NCBI GenBank assembly: GCA_965644495.1
Contig: CBFFSA010000069.1
Location: forward strand, 1 to 31,870
Length of the DNA stretch: 31,870 bases
Direction: 5' to 3'
DNA from: Perkinsela sp. CCAP 1560/9
Lineage: Eukaryota > Protista > Euglenozoa: Kinetoplastea
This document shows positions 1 through 8,037 of the stretch, in pieces. The translations under genes and the position numbers were made by a program. The notes under the pieces are model-generated. The model was given only the letters and a program-made list of their open reading frames with translations. It searched no databases and had not been told where the DNA came from. How positions within the stretch are numbered: the first letter of the stretch is position 1; each line of letters begins with the position of its first letter.

Positions 1-906
1 TTGCGGTGGTTGTAAAACTACCGCTCTACACTCGATTATTGAAAAAAAAGTGAACAAAAACAGTGAAAATATAAAGAGGAACACAGTAATATAATAGAAG
101 AAAAAAATATAAAAGGGGGCTCCGGTGGTCCAAAACTGAAAAAAAAATTTGAAAAAAATGGGGGGTCCAGGGGGGGGGTCCAGGGGGGGGGTCCAGGGGG
201 GGGGGGGCATGGTCGAGCAAATTTTTTCGAAAAAATTAGTTTTCGAAAAAAAACCGCAGAAAGGGTAGCCGGGGTCTTGGCGCGCATTTTCCACCCCCCT
301 ACCCGGGGGTGACCCCCCCGCGTATCCGCAGGACGGGTCCGCCAAGTTCGGATTTTTTCGGAAAAAATTTTTTGAAAAAAATTTCAACTTGGCGAAAAAA
401 ATGACAAAAAAAATATTTTTCCAAAATCGTTTCCCCTATTGTATTTTGATAGTTTGGGACCTACACTAGCTTTCTACGCAGTTGTTTTCGCAAGGTATCA
501 CTTCTTCGAACTGTGGTGCGCCCCCCAAAATGACCCATTTTTGACTAAAAAAGGTGAAAAAGTATTTTTCGGACCTAAAGGGGCATTTTTGTGTCGAAAG
601 AATGGTATGGTTGGAGTCGCATTCTCTACCCAATACGTTCGGTAGGCTTTCATTCATGCCTGCGAGTGATTTCCCACGCGCAAATGTCGGATTTAGTGCT
701 CTGAGAGCAAAAATATGCGAAAATGACCCCATTTGTACCCGAAATTCGGCTATTTTTGGCTATAATGTTTCCGTTTTCCAGGCTAAATTTTCTTTTTTAG
801 GCTCTTCGTTAAACGCGGTGGTGGTTTTCAACTCGGAGAGCGTAGCATGAGTGACTTCTAAGTTGAAAACAACCACCGCGTTTAACGAAGAGCCTAAAAA
901 AGAAAA
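1..906 (+). mobile_element. Non-autonomous Helitron-like (Helitron2/Helentron-type) unit, full length
   Basis: Starts TTGCGGTGGTTGT-AAAACTACCGC (hairpin) and ends ACAACCACCGC-GTTTAACGAAGAGCCTAAAAAAGAAAA, giving an 11-bp subterminal inverted repeat. Near-identical copies occur at 7106, 28846 and 30711 (minus). Its short ORFs show no recognisable protein. Confidence 0.8.
160..207 (+). repeat. (G)nTCCA tandem tract, potential G-quadruplex
   Basis: Four long G runs separated by TCCA. The number of runs varies among copies of the unit. Confidence 0.8.
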
Positions 907-907
907 T
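787..907. repeat. 3'-terminal palindrome of the unit (~45-bp arms, ~30-nt loop)
   Basis: ATTTTCTTTTTTAGGCTCTTCGTTAAACGCGGTGGTGGTTTTCAACT ... AGTTGAAAACAACCACCGCGTTTAACGAAGAGCCTAAAAAAGAAAAT. Confidence 0.95.
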
Positions 908-1632
908 ATTGAAACTTCCATCTTTCGATGTGTCATGTTCGACAATTTCTGTAAAACTAAGCACTCTGTGCTCTGAATTCAGATCGCCTTTGAAGGTGGT
1001 CATTGGCTGCGCGAAGTGCTGGCACAATGTACACAGGTGGACCAATGTCCTTGCTCATGTCGGTGTGCTAGCTGCTTCGTTAAAAAGCGGGGGTTGTTGT
1101 CAAACGGGGCTTCGCAAATTCCTTCCCACTAACGACGCCGGGGCCTTCGCTACTACACATGTATTGCATCTTACGCAAGCAGTGAGTGTTTCATTTTATG
1201 GAACGGTGATGTATCCCCATTTAGTGTCTTGTGTCGGGCCCTGGTTATTGCGCAGAAGCACAATCAGAGACCGTTCATCAAACACTGGCCAAATGGTATC
1301 ATTTTTAATCGGCCGTGTTGGAGGCTTGAGCCGGATCTGGCTCTTCTTGAGCTAGTTCAGCTCTTTACTTCTTTACGCTGACAATTCCTGCATAGGAGAA
1401 GAACTGCACAATCATTTTCGGTGATCATTAGATGGGCCTCTACGATACCGTTGTCGAACTCTATATCAGAGTCTTGAGATGTTTGCCAGGAACTTCATTA
1501 CACCGTTCATATTGATCCATGTGAAGCTATGGCTCATGTACTCGGAGGGTTGGCCGAGACAAAAGGCAGTTGCCATTTCGATTGAAATTTCCATCTTTCG
1601 ATGTGTCATGTTCGACAATTTCTGTAAAACTA
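908..1632 (-). pseudogene. Rearranged fragments of the Helitron Rep C-terminal region
   Basis: Manual minus-strand translation gives VLQKLSNMTHRKMEISIEMATAFCLGQPSEYMSHSFTW (~1630-1515), YITVP*NETLTACVRCNTCV (~1215-1155) and MSKDIGPP...LQKLSNMTHRKMEVS (~1058-910). These resemble Helitron2-type motifs (EISAxMAxxYLLGxPxxYxSHxF; NYNxxLxxCxRCN). Stops and frameshifts are present. Confidence 0.7.
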
Positions 1633-3324
1633 TTCGGTAAGAAGAGTACGGATTTGCCGTTTGAAAATTCTAGTGGATCTGACAGGATACCATGGCACAA
1701 GCTCAGACCGCTTGAGAAGGTTGGCCCGCATTTCCTGCATTTTCTCGCTCTCATCATTCGTAAAGATTCTTAAATCTAGAACGTTATCGTTCATGTTTGG
1801 ACTCACTGTGATCCAGTAAGTTGGCAGTCCGCATCGCCTGTATAAGTCGTAGATCTGACTTTGTGATGCCTTTCGCTTTGCTGGCGAAAAGGGTATCGTT
1901 TTTGCGCATACTTGCACAAATGGCAGAAACTTTGTTTCCAGAAGTTTCGCCTCGGAACTGTTTGGGTTCCTTATAGCCTGTTGTACAATGTGATGGAAAG
2001 CATCAGCCTTGCAAAAATTCATGAGGCTTCTGTGCGTATCTTTGTTATACTTCAGATTTTGCACTACTGCTGATGAGACTGCACGGCGCCGAAGCACATC
2101 GTAGCAGTAAAATATGAATCCAGCATTCTTTGCAAATCGGGAATCCGATTGCTCTAGAATTTCCTTGATTTCATATAGTTCAAACGTTGAACCCTTAAAA
2201 GGGTACTTTTGCATCAGCGTCGGAAATGCTCCGAGCAAGATGTTTTCCATGTCGGTATACTCATTGAGTAAACCTTCTTTTTGTTTCAGTTGCATCGCCA
2301 CGGCATGCGTAATTTGCGCACCCGCCGGCGCATTGCTTACAGGGCTGTGATCAGTTACAAAAGATCGTGTGATCTCACCGCGAGGATCGCGATGTAACGT
2401 ATCGGAAGCCACTGCTTGGGTGACCATACTGTTGATGGCGTTTTCACCCTCTTGGGAAACAGATCTATCCCAAAGATGTGAGACAACGTCTCTACAATGT
2501 TGCTCGGTAACAACGTTGATCTTTCCTTCCTCTTTCAGTTGAGCATACACGTGGTTATGCTCACAGAGGAAGTGTACCCAGGTGTTCGGAGTCTCTGATT
2601 TCACCCCGAATATGCCACTCAGCTGTGCAGAACATAGTCTTTGACTACGTTTCGTTCTCCGTTCGTTGGCTATCCAAACAATTTGGATGTTCTTAATCGC
2701 GCCCTCGAGATCAGGAACTCTTTCGAGTTGCAAGAGCTCAAGGGTTTCGCGTGCTGTAGCCGTCACGTGTCCAGTGAATTTCGTGTCTGGCCTTAAGGAT
2801 GCGGCATATGCGCCACCTTTCCTATATACACTGATGATTGTGCAGTGTAAAAACACCTTTTGAAGAAGGATCTCTTCTACCAGCGTGGGTATTGGAAGGT
2901 GATTTGTAGAAGGTTGTTCTACTGGACCGCGGGGAATTCTCCCTTTTTTGTCCATTATTCTTTGATCCCTTGCACAAAGTTGCGCTTCGGGATTCGGAAT
3001 GTCACTTTCGAGAAGAATAACTTTACAAGAATCACAACTTGTATCACAACTTGCGATACGTTGATCGTCGTTCATTCTCTTTTTGTACCTTTTCATGCAC
3101 TCTTCTTGAGCTTCCGTACTGACTGAAAAATCTTCCAAAGGAAGACGATCAATGTAGGAAGTCTCATAGAAGTATTTGAGTGCGTCTTTTGGATTGCGCT
3201 CAATGTCAAAACGTGTTCGACGTGAGCCATCTCCATTGACTTCGTATGTGTCAAAATTGACAATACGTTTCGCGATGCAACATCGTTCAAGCCAGCACCG
3301 AAGTTCATTGGCTGAAGATTCTTT
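1630..3324 (-). pseudogene. Helitron Rep-helicase N-terminal part (DUF6570-like and Helitron_like_N-like), truncated after Rep motif 1
   Basis: ORF 1630..3138, with the frame open upstream to about 3324. Motifs: PTLVEEILL...FTGHV, GAFPTL, DSRFAKNAGFIFYCYDVLRRR and IPFSPAKRK...IYDLYRRCGLPTYWITVSPN. Confidence 0.85.
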
Positions 3325-3521
3325 TCATATTTCGTTTGTGTGAAAGATGGTATTTTCACACATCTAGCATATGCTGCACTGTCAATAGTGCTAGCATTCG
3401 TCACATTCGTGACAGTTGCAGGAGAAAAAAACGCACCTTTAGGACCACTCGAGCGCCCCCTCTTTTTTTTGCAAAGCGATTTGCAAACCCCAATTTTCCA
3501 GAGGGAACATGTTTTGACTAT

Positions 3522-3710
3522 GTAACCCAGGTCGAAGGGGACGAGGGCGATACCAATAGTGTAGGTGCGACAGTTTCCCACAGGAAATACGGTATCTCCC
3601 TTATGGCATGAAGGCAAGGCTCCGAAAAAGGTGGAGATGCCGTTTTTCCCGAGGGAAACTGCCGCACTTGCACTATTGGTATCTCCCTCGTCCCCTTCAA
3701 CCTGGGTCAC
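3522..3710. repeat. Long imperfect inverted repeat (~78-bp arms, ~30-nt loop)
   Basis: GTAACCCAGGTCGAAGGGGACGAGGGCGATACCAATAGTG... pairs with ...CACTATTGGTATCTCCCTCGTCCCCTTCAACCTGGGTCAC, with about 10 mismatches. Confidence 0.9.
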
Positions 3711-4845
3711 GTTCTGTCCGTTTCGGCCAATCACGGTCTTGCGTGATAGTGTAGGCTATGGCTCCAAGGGTGAGCTCAACTTCATCGTTTCCTACTAAAG
3801 GAACTGGCGTAGTAGCCATGCTTCCAATATTGTAGACTGTTCGAATTGCCGCTATCTGTGTTTCCATAGAAGATGTGCAATTGTATGTGAACACTCGTCG
3901 TTTAGTCAGACATACCATGGCGAGAGTATCGCCATTGCCTTTGACGTAAACGACGTTATGTCCATCATGATATCTCTGAATAGAGCATCTTTTATCTCCA
4001 TCGTTTTGGAGGATTTCATCACAAACAATGTGTGAATTGATGAGAATATTCTCAATCAGTTGAAAAGATGTGAGCGTTAGCGTGGAGCATTGCTTCACAC
4101 GTTCCAGCTCATCATCCTGTGATATTGCATGAACTCTGTTACGCTCAGCTTGTGTGATTCGAAGTCGGAAAGCCCGAGCTTCAGTATGCCGCGGATGACG
4201 GTAAAAATGCTTTTGAAGCCCCTTAAACGTGAACATTTGTTCGGTAGCGCACAAAGTGCACTTGAACTTGTTCTGTTCGCAGGGGAGGGCAAATTCGATC
4301 CAGTCGACTTTTGTTTGAACATAACGTGTATGCTCGCTTGATAACAAATGGTATTCATCTGCTGGGATAATACCCGTTGTTCCCCGAATCTGTGCGAAAT
4401 ACGCACATACTTCGCACACAGGAACATTCGTATCAGTCGGGGGCACCTGTGAAGGGTGTCCCATACTGAGTATGTGTCGCATCATAGATTTGACACTTTG
4501 CTTACGTATGGCGTGGGGTGCACATACATACATTCAGCACGATCCAATGGAGAAACTTACGTGAAGCTCCCGTTTAGGATGCAGATACGCCATTTCCCGA
4601 TGTTTCAGAGAATTCGCGTGAGTCGTATCCACCATGACTGGCGGAAATTCTTGCAAGATAGCAAAGTAATTACAAGGAATGCATAAATGCATTCCTTGGC
4701 AATGTTGTGTTACATGCTTGGTCATAGCCTCTTTTTCAAGAGGTGTTTCGGAACACCCAGGCAGTCTTCCTTCTTCTTCTTTTTCTTCTTCTTCTTCAAA
4801 GCTAGACTTTTCCCGGTTCCGGGGCCACCGAGCAGAAACATACAT
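3697..4845 (-). pseudogene. Multi-zinc-finger (C2H2/U1-like) ORF split by one in-frame TGA; probable accessory ORF of the Helitron
   Basis: ORFs 4534..4845 and 3697..4533 are in frame and separated only by TGA (4534-4536). Motifs: CIPC...HANSLKH, CEVC...HLLSSEH and CTLC...GLQKHFYRHPRH. Confidence 0.6.
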
Positions 4846-4858
4846 TTCCGCTCGGGGT

Positions 4859-5801
4859 CTAGTTTTCCGTTAAATCTTCAATTTGATTTACGCACTGTTT
4901 CTGTGCTTGATTCAGTTCAATAGAACTGTTGTCTTCGCGCAATACGTAGCTGCGATCGAACGTAATCTCTTCGTATTGATTACTGCGAGCCATTGGACGA
5001 TCCTCATTAAAATGAGCTCTGTCCACCGGTGCACTTGGCTCAGATTGAGCCGAAGTTGCAAGTCGTTCGTTTTGAATCATTTCAGCATAGCGCTCTCCCG
5101 AATTTATGACTGAAATATTGGACCTCGTCCTTGTCATTGCCGATGCAAGATCAACATTTCCTTCAGAGGAGTTCTCAGTAGAACCTCCTAACGCGGCCGT
5201 TAAAGTTCGCATTTGTAGTTCGTAGTGTGCATTCTGCTGAACCAATCGCTCTTCATTGACCACTGCAGTGTTCTGCTGTGCTTCAAGAGCATCTTGAAGA
5301 TGGGGTTCAACCCCATCTTCAAGCTCATTCTCGCACTCCAAGCTCATTTTCGTACGCAATGTTGCGTGCTAATCTTGTTTCTTCCAGAGTGCAAGCACCT
5401 TTGCGTCGAAACAAATTTGCCGCGTTCTCTGTATTCTTCGAAGCATTTTCAAACCCTTCTAGGGTCATTTCATGGCTCGGTGAGCCTTCCTTCCATGGGG
5501 AAAGCAATACCACCATGTGTTTCGCTACTCGAAGCTGGCTTCGAGCTCGTGCCCCAGGTTCTTTTGAAGAACTCAATATGGGAAAACCTGGTATAGCTGG
5601 CGCAGTGTGCAAAGAGCGCAACTGTTGTTCAACAATATCTCCAGGCTCAAATTCCGGGAGGCCTTCAATGTTCTCAAAGGCGTATCTCCCATTAGCACGA
5701 CGTCCGCGACGACGTCTTCGATTTGTCCCGCACTCAAAATCTGAATCATGATCCGGCTCTTCTTGAGCTAGTTCAGCTCTTTACTTATTTACGCTGACAA
5801 T
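4859..5801 (-). pseudogene. Helitron Rep-to-helicase linker, ending at the start of the Pif1-like helicase
   Basis: RGRRANGRYAF...QQLRSLHTAPAIPG...AKHMVVLLSPW resembles the LLFKPW motif. After a frameshift it reaches ELNQAQKQCV (the LNxxQ motif before Walker A) and breaks off before Walker A. Confidence 0.65.
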
Positions 5802-5804
5802 GCC

Positions 5805-5964
5805 TGGGGTCCAGGTGGGGGGTCCAGTCATGGTCGAGCAAATTTTTTCGAAAAAATTAGTTTTCGAAAAAAAACCGCAGAAGGGGTAGCCGGGGTCTTG
5901 GCGCGCATTTTCCACCCCCCTACCCGGGGGTGACCCCCCCGCGTATCCGCAGGACGGGTCCGCC
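5805..5964 (+). mobile_element. Internal fragment of the Helitron-like unit
   Basis: Matches unit positions ~165-343, from the G tract to GGGTCCGCC. Confidence 0.85.
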
Positions 5965-6007
5965 GTCCTAGAGGAATATCACTAGAGGTATCGGGCAGAA
6001 CATTTCC

Positions 6008-6535
6008 TTAAATTACTTTTACTGATGTTATGGCATGTTCGGCCCTCTTATTGGGTATGTTGATTGGGGTGTTCTTATTGGTTCTTATTGGTTGGGGTGT
6101 TCTTATCGGATGTTCCTTTCTAAGTGTCCTGATCTCTGAACTCCTGAGAAGGCCTTCGAAACCCAGTTTCACTGCTCCCGCGTAGGTTCCCCTTCTTTGT
6201 TCCACGCATGTGAGAAGTAACTCCCGCAATTTCTGACCAAAAATCGGGACTCGTGTTCCTGCTTCTTCTGAGTTGGTATTATGCTTGCTCTTTGTGATGC
6301 ATTTCACGCGTCGCTCGCATTCACTGATGAGCCCTCGGAACGCAATTCTGAATTTACTATCCTGAGTCCACCGGCAAATCCATTTCGGACTCCGGCAAAT
6401 CCAGAGTTTGTCGGTGAACAAGGGCCGATCTCACCTTTTCAAGTCTGTAGGGACTATAGTGCTCAGCAATAATTGCCAGTACATCAATAAACCTAGACAT
6501 TGTGATTTCAGATACGTGTTCTATGCTAAGTCCCT
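6008..6535 (-). pseudogene. Tyrosine recombinase remnant (DIRS/TATE/VIPER-like retroelement)
   Basis: LGFEGLLRSSEIRTL resembles the catalytic box I arginine motif. An upstream frame reads KVRSALVHRQ...WTQDSKFRIAFRGL. No C-terminal HxxR/Y motif is present. Confidence 0.6.
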
Positions 6536-6540
6536 AGTAG

Positions 6541-6768
6541 AAACTAATTTTTTCGAAAAAATTTGCTCGACCATGTCCCCCACCCCTGGACCCCCCCCCT
6601 GGACCCCCCATTTTTTTCAATTTTTTTTTTCAGTTTTGGAGCACCGGAGCCCCCTTTTATATTTTTTTCTTCTATTATATTACTGTGTTCCCCTTTATAT
6701 TTTCACTGTTTTTGTTCACTTTTTTTTCAATAATCGAGTGTAGAGCGGTAGTTTTACAACCACCGCAA
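6541..6768 (-). mobile_element. 5' part of the Helitron-like unit, inverted
   Basis: Reverse complement of unit positions 1-~243, ending ...ACAACCACCGCAA. Confidence 0.9.
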
Positions 6769-7029
6769 TTTAAGCTTCTTTAGTATCCCTCTTCGCTCAA
6801 CAAAGGTGAGAAAGAATCCGCTGTGTCTTGTGCCTTCTATAAGGTCACATTCCAAATCGCCGTATCGCTCCCGATTGTTAACAATATTCGGTCGCTCCTC
6901 AATGTCGGTGTGGTTCGGAATACCGGTACGGTTGGTTCCCCGACGGCGACGTTGACCACGTCTTCCTCCACGGTGCAGACAACTCTCCAAGTTCCCATGT
7001 TGACCATCATCCCGCTTGATAAACCCGTA
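6769..7029 (-). pseudogene. IS30-family transposase fragment
   Basis: YGFIKRD...LHRGGRRGQRRR...GIPNHTDIEERPNIVNNRERYGDLECDLIEG...FLTFVERR matches the IS30 pattern IxxRPxxVxxRxxxGxWExDxIxG...LTxVER. Confidence 0.8.
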
Positions 7030-8037
7030 TTGCGGTGGTTGTAAAACTACCGCTCTACCCTCGATTATTGCGGTGGTTGTAAAACTACCGCTTTACCCTC
7101 GATTATTGCGATGGTTGTAAAACTACCGCGCTACCCTCGATCATTGAAAAAAAGTGAACAAAAATAGTGAAACTATAAAGAGGAACACAGTAATATAATA
7201 GAAGACAAAAATATAAAAGGGGGCTCCGGTGGTTCGAAACTGAAAAAAAAAATTGAAAAAAATGGGGGGTCCATGGGGGGGGTCCAGGGGGGGGGTCCAG
7301 GGGGGGGTACAGGGGGGGGGGTCCAGGGGGGGGGGGTCCAGGGGGAGGGGTCATGGTCGAGCAAATTTTTTCGAAAAATTTAGTTTTCGAAAAAAAACCG
7401 CAGAAAGGGTAGCCGGGGTCTTGGCGCGCATTTTCCACCCCCCTACCCGGGGGTGACCCCCCCGCGTATCCGCAGGACGGGTCCGCCAAGTTCGGATTTT
7501 TTCGGAAAAAAAAATTTAACTTGGCGAAAAAAATAGCAAAAAAAATGTTTTTCCAAAATCGTTTCCCCTATTGTATTTTGATAGTTTGGAACCTACACTA
7601 GCTTTCTACGCAGTTGTTTTCGCAAGATATCCCTTCTTCGAGCCGTGGTGCGCCCCTCAAAATGACCCATTTTTGACTAAAAAAGGTGAAAAGTATTTTT
7701 CAGACCTAAAGGGGCATTTTTGTGTCGAAAGAATGGTATGGTTGGAGTCGCATTCTCTACCCAATACGTTCGGTAGGCTCCCATTCATGCCTACGAGAGA
7801 TTTCCCACGCGCAAATGTCGGATTTAGTGCTCTGACAGCAAAAATACCCAAAAATGACCCCATTTTTACCCGAAATTCCGCTATTTTTGGCTATAATCTT
7901 TCCGTTTTCCAGGCTAAATTTTCTTTTTTAGGCTCTTCGTTAAACGCGGCGGTAGTTTTCAACGCGAAGCGCGCAGCATGAGTGACTTCTCAGTTGAAAA
8001 CAACCACCGCGTTTAACGAAGAGCCTAAAAAAGAAAA
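7030..8037 (+). mobile_element. Helitron-like unit preceded by two extra 38-bp copies of its 5' end
   Basis: 38-bp 5' termini start at 7030, 7068 and 7106. The full unit is 7106-8037 and is more diverged than the other copies. Confidence 0.85.

Noticed and set aside
160-207. Telomeric repeat
   Set aside because: The G-run lengths are irregular, the tract is internal to a dispersed element, and it is not TTAGGG.
254-350. HDV-like ribozyme in the GC-rich segment
   Set aside because: Crossing stems exist, but I could not build P3/L3 or the catalytic J4/2 strand on either strand. A covariance-model search would settle it.
26-945. Short ORFs within the 0.9-kb unit and its copies
   Set aside because: They are low-complexity translations (poly-Pro, Phe, Lys) with non-ATG starts and frame differences between copies.
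908-959. 52-bp direct repeat (also 1581-1632) as a regulatory or recombination site
   Set aside because: It translates as part of the Rep coding sequence, so it is a duplicated gene fragment.
4534-4536. Stop-codon reassignment or selenocysteine at the in-frame TGA
   Set aside because: Neighbouring TE fragments contain other stops and frameshifts, and host genes terminate at TGA, TAA and TAG.
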